A stretch of DNA of 63,864 bases from an uncultured Planctomycetia bacterium (GTDB lineage Bacteria; Omnitrophota; Gorgyraeia; Duberdicusellales; 4484-171): contig CAZABB010000007.1 in the NCBI GenBank assembly GCA_964483625.1, forward strand, positions 1 to 63,864. Reading direction: 5' to 3'. A program made the translations under genes and the position numbers. The notes beneath the pieces are model-generated. The model had not been told where the DNA came from and made no database searches. It saw nothing but the letters and a program-made list of their open reading frames with translations. The number at the start of each line of letters is the position of its first letter. Positions within the stretch are counted from its first letter, which is position 1. This document shows, in pieces, positions 7,790-16,159 of this stretch.

Positions 7790-8533
7790 TCAATCAATGG
7801 TTTGGTGGCTATCGTCATCGTCGTCATCGGGATAATCATAATCATTATCGCCGGGATAATCATAATCATTATCGTCGGGATACTCCGGATAACCATGTCC
7901 ACTATTGATTTTACCATCATCGGAAATATTCGTTTGAGACGTATCATACACGTTCTGTTCGTTTGTACATACGAGCGCAAAACTGTCTTCCAACATAAAC
8001 CCTTTGCGATGGCGTCTCGCAAAGCCGGAACCCGAAAATGTGTGTTGATCGCAATCGCCAACAATAATCATGTCAGGGGGAATATCATCCCATCTTCGGG
8101 GTAACATGGTGTTGATCCCATAGGAAACGCCTCCCGGCGGCGGAGTATGGTCGGAAGGGCAATGGAAAATGTCCGCGCTTACGCCGAACCGTCTGAGATT
8201 TTCCGGGGTCAGAAACTGAGCGTACACTTCACTGGCGGTATCAAATTTTATAAGCGCGTAAGAAGCACGTGTCAGCCAACCACCCTCGTTTATTACCTGA
8301 GCATAGGCACGTTCCAGATGCTCTTGTTTTAATTGTCCCAGCGTCGCCGGGAGAAAATCGTTTTCCAGCGCCCACATTTCGACCGCCGAACTCAGCGCCC
8401 GTAAATTCGTGGTGCATACTCTTTTCCGGGCGTTCTCCAGAACATGCCGGTACCCTCCCAGAGCCAGGGTAGCCAGAACCAGTATAATTACGGCAATAAC
8501 CATCATTTCTAGTAACGTAAAATTTCTTTTCAT
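7790..8533 (-). CDS. Prepilin-type N-terminal cleavage/methylation domain protein with acidic repeat tail
   Basis: The N-terminus MKRNFTLLEMMVIAVIILVLATLAL is the type IV pilin/pseudopilin class III signal. An FHCPSD motif occurs mid-protein. The C-terminus is YPEYPDDNDYDYPGDNDYDYPDDDDDD. An AAGGGGGGAG RBS lies just upstream of the ATG at 8533. Confidence 0.7.
   Translation of the reverse strand: MKRNFTLLEMMVIAVIILVLATLALGGYRHVLENARKRVCTTNLRALSSAVEMWALENDFLPATLGQLKQEHLERAYAQVINEGGWLTRASYALIKFDTASEVYAQFLTPENLRRFGVSADIFHCPSDHTPPPGGVSYGINTMLPRRWDDIPPDMIIVGDCDQHTFSGSGFARRHRKGFMLEDSFALVCTNEQNVYDTSQTNISDDGKINSGHGYPEYPDDNDYDYPGDNDYDYPDDDDDDSHQTID
7829..7894. repeat. 24-bp in-frame tandem repeat x2 plus partial third unit (gggataatcataatcattatcgYc)
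   Basis: 7829-7852 and 7853-7876 differ at one base. They encode the YP(D/G)DNDYD repeats of the prepilin-like protein. Confidence 0.9.
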
Positions 8534-8634
8534 CCACTCCCCCCTTTATTTTCCATCTCTCCACTATACGGATCCTATTATTTTTTTTACCATATTTGCA
8601 TATATTAAGCAAGTGATATATCACAATACATTCC

Positions 8635-8793
8635 TCAGAACAGCGTGTAAATAAAAGGGGCCACCGCAGAACTTTCCGTGAGGACAATCAATACCCCCAA
8701 CAATAAAAGAACGATAACGATCGGAAGAAGCCACCAGCATTTTTGTACCCTCAGGAACTCCCAGAATTCTTTTAAAACAGACAGTTTACTCAT
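8635..8793 (-). CDS. DUF5989-like small membrane protein (carbamoyltransferase-associated)
   Basis: MSKLSVLKEFWEFLRVQKCWWLLPIVIVLLLLGVLIVLTESSAVAPFIYTLF, 52 aa with one TM. This matches my memory of the DUF5989 family that accompanies NodU/CmcH carbamoyltransferases. The ATG at 8793 is preceded by AGGAGGG; the ORF-track start at 8817 is less likely. Confidence 0.6.
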   Translation of the reverse strand: MSKLSVLKEFWEFLRVQKCWWLLPIVIVLLLLGVLIVLTESSAVAPFIYTLF

Positions 8794-8946
8794 ATTCCCT
8801 CCTGACATAATTTTCAATATAAAATAGATCCACCTGAAGACAGCAATTGATTTTCACCATGATTAATAAAACCTTTCATCACTGTAACCCCTTCTTTAAT
8901 CGATGCGATCGAGGCATCCTGCTGCTTTTTCATTGCAGGATGTCTT

Positions 8947-9396
8947 TTAAAATTGCTTTTCATACGACTGGCGAGATGGGTTTCTCAGAGAAGGCAGCCA
9001 ATAAGTTGTATCCCCTGTCCTGAACCGAAGATCAAGGAATTTCCACCTTCTCCATCGCATTCCCCAGGCGATCGGGGTTACTACCAGATAGTATGCAACC
9101 AGCAATATAAACGTCGATACGCCCAGATTCAACAATCGTAAAACTGCTTTTGATATACTATACAAAGGACAGAGCGCATACGGGATAAAAGAACTGCCCA
9201 AAAACAACAACGCCGCGACTGAAAAAAAGTATTGTTCACCGCCTTTTCCTTTTAAAACAAATATATTCCCCCAGATAAGCAGGACGATTCCCAAAGAGAT
9301 GCCGAACCGAAATAACTCCGTCCGGTCACACTCCCCTGCCCACTCCTTCATGAAACGTTTAATCAAGTTCAAGCGCACCCCCTGCTTCATGGTCAA
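8947..9396 (-). CDS. SxtJ-like small integral membrane protein
   Basis: Three hydrophobic helices (ELFRFGISLGIVLLIWGNIF..., FFSVAALLFLGSSFIPYAL..., STFILLVAYYLVVTPIAW). It lies between the carbamoyltransferase and the DUF5989-like gene, as in the known triad. An alternative ATG at 9351 (MKEWAGE) would remove the 38-nt overlap. Confidence 0.45.
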   Translation of the reverse strand: MTMKQGVRLNLIKRFMKEWAGECDRTELFRFGISLGIVLLIWGNIFVLKGKGGEQYFFSVAALLFLGSSFIPYALCPLYSISKAVLRLLNLGVSTFILLVAYYLVVTPIAWGMRWRRWKFLDLRFRTGDTTYWLPSLRNPSRQSYEKQF

Positions 9397-11173
9397 TACA
9401 TCCTTCGGGCTGATTATCTTTTGAAAGAAGAAAATCCCCCATAATCAAATAATCCATATGTGTACGCATAAAGCACCGATACGCATCCTGCGGGGTGCAG
9501 ACGATCGGCTCCCCCCTCACATTAAACGACGTATTGATAATCACAGGACAACCGTACTTTTCGTCAAATTTTTTAAGCACCTTATAGTAACGGGGGTTGA
9601 TATCTTCGCTCACACTCTGAATACGCGCCGAATAATCGACATGCGTTACCGCAGGGATCTCCGAACGTTTGACTTTCAGTTGCTCAAAACCGGCCAATGC
9701 CGTTTGAGAAGAGCTGTCGGCACGTTTTTCCTTTACCACCGGAGCGGCCAAAAGCATATAGGGACTTTCCGCACTGATTTCAAAATAATCGGATACCTTC
9801 TCCTTGAGAACCGACGGCGCAAACGGCCGGAAACTCTCTCTAAACTTAATTTTTAGATTGATTCGCTGCTGCATATCTTGCGCACGAGCATCACCCAGAA
9901 TAGACCGGCTCCCCAAAGCCCGAGGCCCGAATTCCATCCTGCCTTGAAACCATCCGATAACATTCCCGGAAGCGATAAGGTCGGCAATTTTCTCCGGTAT
10001 CTCCGCCTCATCCAATTTATCATAAGGAATATTCTGCCGCTTGAGAAAATGATGGATTTCATCATCGGAATACTCAGGCCCCAGATATGAACCAGACTGA
10101 GCATCACTGATTCCGTCAACAATCCGTTTGTTTTCCAGATATTGATACCAGACAAAGAGCGCCGCGCCTAACGCGCCGCCGGCATCACCGGCGGCCGGCT
10201 GTATCCAGATACGTTCAAACGGCCCTTCCCGTAAAATCCGGCCGTTGGCCACACAGTTAAGCGCAACCCCTCCCGCCAGACAGAGATTTTTTTGATGCGT
10301 TACCTCATACACATGCTGTGCCATACGCATCATAATCTCTTCACACACTTTCTGTATCGATGCGGCAACATCCATGTGCCGCCGGGTTATTTTCGATTCC
10401 GGTCGACGCGGCGGGCCGCCGAAAAGACGGTGGAATTTCCGGCTTATCATCGTCAATCCCACGCAATAGTTGAAATACGCCATATTCATCCGAAAAGAAC
10501 CGTCTTTTTTAAGGTCAATCAATTCCGACAAAATCAAATCTTTATAGCGAGGTTCCCCGTAAGGAGCCAATCCCATCATTTTATATTCGCCGGAATTCAC
10601 CTTGAATCCCAAATAATAGGTGAACGCGGAATAGAGAAGTCCGAGCGAATGAGGAAAATGGATCTCTTTATGCAATTCTACGAGATTATCCTTCCCTTCA
10701 CCGAAACTGCTCGTCGTCCACTCCCCCACGCCGTCAACGGTAAGGATTGCCGCCTCATCAAACGGTGAGGGGAAAAACGCGCTGGCAGCATGAGACTGAT
10801 GATGCTCGGGGAAAATGATCGGACCGCCGTACCGTAACTCCTCCTGAATAAGACTTTTTACCCACAGCTTTTTTTTAATCCAGAGAGGCATCGCTTTCCG
10901 GAAGGACATAATCCCTCTGGGAGCATAAGCAAGATACGCCGAGAGAAGCCGTTCGAATTTCAGAAACGGTTTATCATAAAACGCCACATAATCGATATCT
11001 TTACCCCCGAGGCAGGCTTCTTTCAAACAATACCTGATGGCATGGGAGGGAAAGGCTGAGTCGTGTTTTTTACGGGTGAATCGTTCTTCCTGGGCGGCGG
11101 CGATGACTTTGCCGTCGGCAACCAGAGAGGCGGCACTATCATGATAAAATGCGGAAATCCCTAAAATATTCAT
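9359..11173 (-). CDS. Carbamoyltransferase, NodU/CmcH family
   Basis: 604 aa. The N-terminus MNILGISAFYHDSAASLVADGKVIAAAQEERFTRKKHD is the ASKHA-type NodU/CmcH signature. The C-terminal YrdC/Kae1-like part has VINTSFNVRGEPIVCTPQDA. Confidence 0.88.
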   Translation of the reverse strand: MNILGISAFYHDSAASLVADGKVIAAAQEERFTRKKHDSAFPSHAIRYCLKEACLGGKDIDYVAFYDKPFLKFERLLSAYLAYAPRGIMSFRKAMPLWIKKKLWVKSLIQEELRYGGPIIFPEHHQSHAASAFFPSPFDEAAILTVDGVGEWTTSSFGEGKDNLVELHKEIHFPHSLGLLYSAFTYYLGFKVNSGEYKMMGLAPYGEPRYKDLILSELIDLKKDGSFRMNMAYFNYCVGLTMISRKFHRLFGGPPRRPESKITRRHMDVAASIQKVCEEIMMRMAQHVYEVTHQKNLCLAGGVALNCVANGRILREGPFERIWIQPAAGDAGGALGAALFVWYQYLENKRIVDGISDAQSGSYLGPEYSDDEIHHFLKRQNIPYDKLDEAEIPEKIADLIASGNVIGWFQGRMEFGPRALGSRSILGDARAQDMQQRINLKIKFRESFRPFAPSVLKEKVSDYFEISAESPYMLLAAPVVKEKRADSSSQTALAGFEQLKVKRSEIPAVTHVDYSARIQSVSEDINPRYYKVLKKFDEKYGCPVIINTSFNVRGEPIVCTPQDAYRCFMRTHMDYLIMGDFLLSKDNQPEGCIDHEAGGALELD

Positions 11174-11203
11174 ATGAAAAGGGATGGTTAAGGAATTATT
11201 ATT

Positions 11204-12433
11204 TCATTCCCGGCTGTTTTTTTCTTCCCGGTTATCGATAAGAGCTACCCCCAACAGTCCTATCGTCAACCAGAATAATGTAGCGAGTTTTAAGGAAAAA
11301 AGCTGAGTATCAAAAAAGATGTGAATCATAAAGGCGGATAATCCTAAGAGAATACCAAGAGTTAATATCTCTATATTCTGTATCATTTTTTTATAGGCTC
11401 TACCTACGATGTCAAAAAGGAACCAGAGAAAAGAGAAAAAGCCGATTATTCCCGTTTCGGCCAGAATCTGCAAATAACAATTATGAGTATATTGCGGCAT
11501 CAATGATATCCGGGCATATTGCGGCAGAAGTTCCATAAACAGGCCTAACCCTTTGCCGAAAACCGGCGACTCTTTAAACATCTGCCATGCCACTTTCCAT
11601 ATAACAGACCGGCCGGAAGTATCCTGAAGTAAAAATAAAAATCTTTCTTTTATCATCGGATGCGTAAAAACACCGATAAAGAAAGCCCCTAAAACCACCA
11701 GTAACGTCCCGCGTATGACTTTATCCTGAATGATAAACAGGGAAATAATAGCAGTTAAAAGAAACGCCAGCCAGGCTCCCCGCGAATACGTTAACATTAA
11801 TGCCGTTACAATCAATAATGAGTTGACTGTAAGCAGGGTTTTTACCCATTTTCTTTTTAGAAACCATAAGAAATGGATATTCATAAAAAACATAACGATA
11901 AGAAAACAGGAAAAGTTATTGTAATGCCGGAAGGCCCCGCCGACAGCATTAAAATTATGCACCTTCACAACAGGAAACCCTCTTATAAAATCTACTCCGG
12001 TGATAAACTGATAGATTCCGTCAATGCTCAATAACGCAGCCGAGATACAAAACACAGCTATTATTTTTCTGAGTTGTGTTTTATTGATAAAAATCTGTAC
12101 CAAATAAAAAAGCAGTATCCCTTCCCCCCACTTACACAGCAAAGCATTGAAGCTCAAAAGACGATTATTACTGGTGATTAAAGATAGGCTGATACAAATA
12201 AAAAAAAGAAAAGCTATCCGGTTAAACCGGCGTGAGGCCAGAAAACGAATATCCTGAGCCAACGGCCTTAAGGCTACAAGCCTTATAAGAAAGCAAAGGA
12301 TAATAACTCCGATCAAAGATTCTATAAACGCGTTCGATATCGGCAAAAAATAGGCAAGAGCACAGAAGGATCCAAACGCGACACGATCGATCCATTTAAG
12401 AATATTCAATCTGGCAATACTATTCATAGTCAA
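11204..12433 (-). CDS. O-antigen ligase/polymerase family (Wzy_C) membrane protein
   Basis: 409 aa with about 10-12 TM helices. It has the TYSRGAWLAFLL motif and a later HNCYLQILAETGIIG block, both typical of Wzy_C (WaaL/Wzy/PglL-type). Confidence 0.65.
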   Translation of the reverse strand: MTMNSIARLNILKWIDRVAFGSFCALAYFLPISNAFIESLIGVIILCFLIRLVALRPLAQDIRFLASRRFNRIAFLFFICISLSLITSNNRLLSFNALLCKWGEGILLFYLVQIFINKTQLRKIIAVFCISAALLSIDGIYQFITGVDFIRGFPVVKVHNFNAVGGAFRHYNNFSCFLIVMFFMNIHFLWFLKRKWVKTLLTVNSLLIVTALMLTYSRGAWLAFLLTAIISLFIIQDKVIRGTLLVVLGAFFIGVFTHPMIKERFLFLLQDTSGRSVIWKVAWQMFKESPVFGKGLGLFMELLPQYARISLMPQYTHNCYLQILAETGIIGFFSFLWFLFDIVGRAYKKMIQNIEILTLGILLGLSAFMIHIFFDTQLFSLKLATLFWLTIGLLGVALIDNREEKNSRE

Positions 12434-13293
12434 TGGTTTAAACTCCGGGCTTTATCCGTCTTGACGGAGAATCGCCCTTTTTTATCTATCGAGAAGACAA
12501 TATCACCATGCTGGTCTGTACGGTATATTGCTACGTTAAAATCCTTTAATCTATCTAAAATTTTATCTGAAGGGTAATCACGAAAGTTATCTCGATTAAC
12601 GCTTATCACCGCCGCCTTCGGCGACACGGCTTTTAAAAACTCCTCTAAAGAAGCATCATGATGACCATGATGGCCTACTTTCAACACATCAGCTTTGATA
12701 CTGTCATGCATTTCTAAAAGCTGTTTTTCTACTCCGACCGTAGCGTCGCCGGCAAGAAGACAGCTAAATGAATTATATTCTACCATAATTACCAGAGAAT
12801 TCGCATTAAAATCTCCGCCGGGATGCTCCTCTTGCGGCCACAAGACGGTAAACTGAACATTACCGATATTCCATTGAGCCCCCCTTTGAAGCGGGAAATA
12901 ACGGTTATTCTCTCTTATAAGCTCTACATACCAGCGATACACATCAGAACGACGGACAAATTGTGAAAGGTCATGCCCGTTATCGCATATGTTCTTCACA
13001 GCAAACCGCTGAACGATATTGAATCCCCCGGCGATATGATCGAGATGGGGATGGGTGAATATCATATACTCTAATGCATCGACCTCCTGCTTTTTTAAAT
13101 AATCCTCTACTTTTACCGCAGAGATAAAGTTGCCGGCATCAACCAGAACATTCTTATCATCGGGAGTCTGGATCAAAATCGCCTCTCCTTCGCCGACATC
13201 GATAAAGTGCATCCTTAAAGATTTTGCCGCGGCGTCAAAATAAATGAATACACCGCACAAGAGGAGCATTAAAAAAATAATATTTTTTTTCAT
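12430..13293 (-). CDS. Secreted metallo-beta-lactamase-fold hydrolase, ComEC-C-terminal-like
   Basis: Signal peptide (MKKNIIFLMLLLCGVFIYFDAAA). Also FIDVGEGEAILIQTP...VLVDAGN, the FTHPHLDHIAGG metal motif and VLKVGHHGHHDAS, as in the lactamase_B domain of ComEC/Rec2. Confidence 0.7.
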   Translation of the reverse strand: MKKNIIFLMLLLCGVFIYFDAAAKSLRMHFIDVGEGEAILIQTPDDKNVLVDAGNFISAVKVEDYLKKQEVDALEYMIFTHPHLDHIAGGFNIVQRFAVKNICDNGHDLSQFVRRSDVYRWYVELIRENNRYFPLQRGAQWNIGNVQFTVLWPQEEHPGGDFNANSLVIMVEYNSFSCLLAGDATVGVEKQLLEMHDSIKADVLKVGHHGHHDASLEEFLKAVSPKAAVISVNRDNFRDYPSDKILDRLKDFNVAIYRTDQHGDIVFSIDKKGRFSVKTDKARSLNH

Positions 13294-13295
13294 AA

Positions 13296-13883
13296 CTATC
13301 GCTTATAAAAAAAATAGAGCGCTATACCCTCTAAAGCCCCCAGCACATTCAATACAATATCACGATTATCGTAAAAACGGTAGGGTAAAACCCCTTGAAA
13401 CAATTCATCGATATACCCTGTCACAGCACAAAATATAACCGCGATCAGAAAACCTTTCGTTTTGGGATATTTTCGGGTGGTATCACCCAGGGCCAGCCAT
13501 CCTAAAAACGCGTACTCAAGAATATGGATTTTCTCGACCGCTAATTCCAGCTGCATCATCCCCAGAAAGCCGGCGGCAATAATCGTAAAAATAAGAAACT
13601 TACGAATAAAAGATGTTTTTTTTCTCAATACGCGGATAACAAACAGGACCCCAATTCCGGCGAGCAACGATACAATAAAAACTTCCACTCCCTTACCACC
13701 CAAAATGCTGTTCCGCAGGGAATCCACCACCTGGCGCATAAAGCTTGCCGATATTACGATCAGCAGACCTACGGATAATGTTAAAGGAGAAAGTGAGAAA
13801 GGAAGATTTCCCCGGCGGCTGAAGAAAAGGGTTCCGAGTTGAGAAAAAAGATGTATACTGCGGTAAAAAAAACGTTTAAACAC
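13296..13883 (-). CDS. VanZ-like membrane protein
   Basis: 195 aa with 5-6 TM helices. The C-terminal ...GYIDELFQGVLPYRFYDNRDIVLNVLGALEGIALYF resembles the VanZ family motif (DE..Q.....R..d..D...N..G). Confidence 0.5.
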   Translation of the reverse strand: MFKRFFYRSIHLFSQLGTLFFSRRGNLPFSLSPLTLSVGLLIVISASFMRQVVDSLRNSILGGKGVEVFIVSLLAGIGVLFVIRVLRKKTSFIRKFLIFTIIAAGFLGMMQLELAVEKIHILEYAFLGWLALGDTTRKYPKTKGFLIAVIFCAVTGYIDELFQGVLPYRFYDNRDIVLNVLGALEGIALYFFYKR

Positions 13884-13894
13884 TTATAAAAACT

Positions 13895-15307
13895 TTAATA
13901 GGCACCCTGCCCTTTGAATACGGCAGGGAGAGTCAACCACAAAATACGCAGATCGAGCCCGAACGACCAGTTATTCACATACCACAGGTCCCACTTGACC
14001 CAGCGGCGGAAGGTAAGCATGCTGCGCCCTTTCACCTGGGATAAACCCGTAATGCCGGGACGTACCGAAAGACGGTGCATTTGCAGGTAATTATATTTCT
14101 GGACCTCATCAATCGTCGGCGGTCTCGGGCCGACCAGGCTCATATCTCCCTTTAGCACGTTAAACAATTGAGGCAGTTCATCCAGACTGTACCGGCGCAA
14201 AAACCGGCCGATGCGGGTGATCCGCGGATCTTTTTTCATCTTGAAAATCACCCCGTCCTGTACTTCGTTTTTCTCCAAAAGCTGATCCTTGAATTTATCG
14301 GCATCTTTCACCATCGAGCGGAATTTATACACCTTAAACGGTTTCCCTTTTAACCCCGCCCGTTTCTGCCGGTAAAAAACAGGGCCGGGAGAATCAAGCT
14401 TAATCGCAACCGCAAGAAGACAATAGAGCGGCAAGCCAGCAATCAACAATGCAAAAGAAACAAGGAAATCAAACATCCGCTTCAGGGCAAGTTCGGTAGG
14501 ATGATACTTACGCTCTTTATACGTCAAAAGCGGCATGATCCCGATATAATTAATATCGAGAAGCGGCAGAGGGCCTTCAAAATTTTCCGGGACCACCCTT
14601 ACCCCCAGATGCATAGCTTTTGCTTTCTCGATAATCTGAGAGACAATACGCTTCTCGGAAGGAATCGTAATAATCGCCTCATCGACAAAATATTTTTTGA
14701 CGACCATATCAAAATCGCTGATCTTCCCCAATACCAGGACCCCATTAAAGTCGTCATTTTTTCTATCATCTAAAACCCCGACGACACGAAAACCCCACCA
14801 GGGAACTTTTTTGATCTCATCGAGCACAATCTTCCCTACTCTCCCGGCCCCGATGACCAACACATTGATATTATGAAAACCTTCCGAAACCAGCTTGCGC
14901 AGGATAATTCTTTTAATTGCCCGGAACCCACTCAAAAGAACAAAAAGAGAAAAGCAGTTCTCCAGGAATACCTCCCGGGAGAAAAATCTATATTTGGCGA
15001 AAAAGATAATCGAACTGATAACGATACTTACCGAGAAGACACCGATAAAAGATTTAAACATCTCCTTCGGGATCGTTAGGCCACGGTCGGTCGTATACAG
15101 GCTCCTTCTTTTGAACGATACAAGCAGAAAGATCGCCCAGAGGATGAAAACAAACGTATATTCGTAGAAATTAGGAAGCCGCGGATTGATGAAAATATCG
15201 CCGAATGAGTTATATTTTAAAAGATACGGAACATAGAAGCTGACGGCAATCAGTACGATATCGACAACGACATATACCGGATAAATTTTACGGCCGCCTC
15301 TGATCAT
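13895..15307 (-). CDS. Polyprenyl-phosphate glycosyl-1-phosphate transferase (WbaP/EPS-type initiating sugar transferase)
   Basis: 470 aa: four N-terminal TM helices, a Rossmann-like linker (NVLVIGAGRVGK), and a C-terminal bacterial sugar transferase domain (KRMFDF..., PGPVFYRQKRAGLKGKPFKVYKFRSM, DELPQLFNVLKGDMSLVGPRP). Confidence 0.88.
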   Translation of the reverse strand: MIRGGRKIYPVYVVVDIVLIAVSFYVPYLLKYNSFGDIFINPRLPNFYEYTFVFILWAIFLLVSFKRRSLYTTDRGLTIPKEMFKSFIGVFSVSIVISSIIFFAKYRFFSREVFLENCFSLFVLLSGFRAIKRIILRKLVSEGFHNINVLVIGAGRVGKIVLDEIKKVPWWGFRVVGVLDDRKNDDFNGVLVLGKISDFDMVVKKYFVDEAIITIPSEKRIVSQIIEKAKAMHLGVRVVPENFEGPLPLLDINYIGIMPLLTYKERKYHPTELALKRMFDFLVSFALLIAGLPLYCLLAVAIKLDSPGPVFYRQKRAGLKGKPFKVYKFRSMVKDADKFKDQLLEKNEVQDGVIFKMKKDPRITRIGRFLRRYSLDELPQLFNVLKGDMSLVGPRPPTIDEVQKYNYLQMHRLSVRPGITGLSQVKGRSMLTFRRWVKWDLWYVNNWSFGLDLRILWLTLPAVFKGQGAY

Positions 15308-16077
15308 ATGTAGCGTGTTATTGATCTTTTGCCCAAAACCTTATACCTGAAGACCTCTTTACATAATAATACCAAAAAAGCCGTATTACCAATTAAATAT
15401 CTCCGCCAGAGCCGATGCGGTTCCTGGCAAAAACGAAAAAACCACTCAAGGCCCGCTTTCTGCATCCAGAGCGGCGCCCGTTTTACCTTGGCGGCGACCA
15501 CATCGAAACTCCCTCCCACCCCCATCACAAAAGGCACTCCCATCTCTTTCAGATAACGATTAAGAAACAACTCTTTCTTCGGTGAGCTTATCGCAACAAA
15601 AAGGATATCCGCTCCGGATTGACGGATATTTTCTACCACCCTGCCTTCTTCCAATTGATCCCAGTACCCGTTACGATACCCGGCGATATCGATACCGGGA
15701 TATTTCCGGCGGTAATGCGCAATGACCTTTGCAATAACATCCTCCCTGGCCCCCAAAAAATACAGTCTATACCCTGATTTTTGAGACCGCTCAACCAGTT
15801 TTTCCATAAGATCGATACCGGCAATACGTTCTTTTAACGGCGTCCCCAGAAGGCGGGAAGCCCATACAACCGGCATGCCGTCGGGGTTGATGAGGTCACA
15901 TGCCGAAACAATCCGCAGGAGCTCAGAGTCCCGCCGTATTTTCAGTATCTTATCGACATTAATGACCACATGCTGAGAAGGGACTCTTCCGGCAATGATT
16001 TCATCAATACGCGCATGCGTCTCTTTGAGAGAAAGATTGTCGATGGGACAGCCCAGGACAAAAATACGTTGTGGCAT
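15304..16077 (-). CDS. WecG/TagA/CpsF-family glycosyltransferase (GT26)
   Basis: FVLGCPIDNLSLKET..., INPDGMPVVWASRLLG, YFLGAREDV, FVAISSPKKELF, MGVGGSFD. The ATG at 16077 (MPQRIF) is preceded by GGGGAG 9 nt upstream; the ORF-track TTG at 16101 is less likely. Confidence 0.82.
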   Translation of the reverse strand: MPQRIFVLGCPIDNLSLKETHARIDEIIAGRVPSQHVVINVDKILKIRRDSELLRIVSACDLINPDGMPVVWASRLLGTPLKERIAGIDLMEKLVERSQKSGYRLYFLGAREDVIAKVIAHYRRKYPGIDIAGYRNGYWDQLEEGRVVENIRQSGADILFVAISSPKKELFLNRYLKEMGVPFVMGVGGSFDVVAAKVKRAPLWMQKAGLEWFFRFCQEPHRLWRRYLIGNTAFLVLLCKEVFRYKVLGKRSITRYI

Positions 16078-16159
16078 ATGAATATTCTCCCCTTGAAGCA
16101 ATTAAAGCTATTTTACCGTTTTTAAGATGGTTGACAACGATTTTATGCGCATACGCCCT

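Noticed and set aside
7732-8687. Alternative-frame ORFs over the prepilin-like gene (7732-8064, 7802-8104, 8147-8332, 8241-8687, 8269-8472, 8409-8654)
   Set aside because: They are kept open partly by the 24-bp repeat (products such as IIIIIIAGIIIIII). The frame carrying the class III signal peptide and RBS is the only convincing one.
8814-8933. Unlisted 39-codon minus-strand ORF (MKKQQDASIASIKEGVTVMKGFINHGENQLLSSGGSILY) in the SxtJ-like/DUF5989-like gap
   Set aside because: There is no Shine-Dalgarno-like sequence upstream, no hydrophobic segment and no recognisable motif. Its start sits in the loop of a hairpin. It is kept only as a note under the carbamoyltransferase finding.
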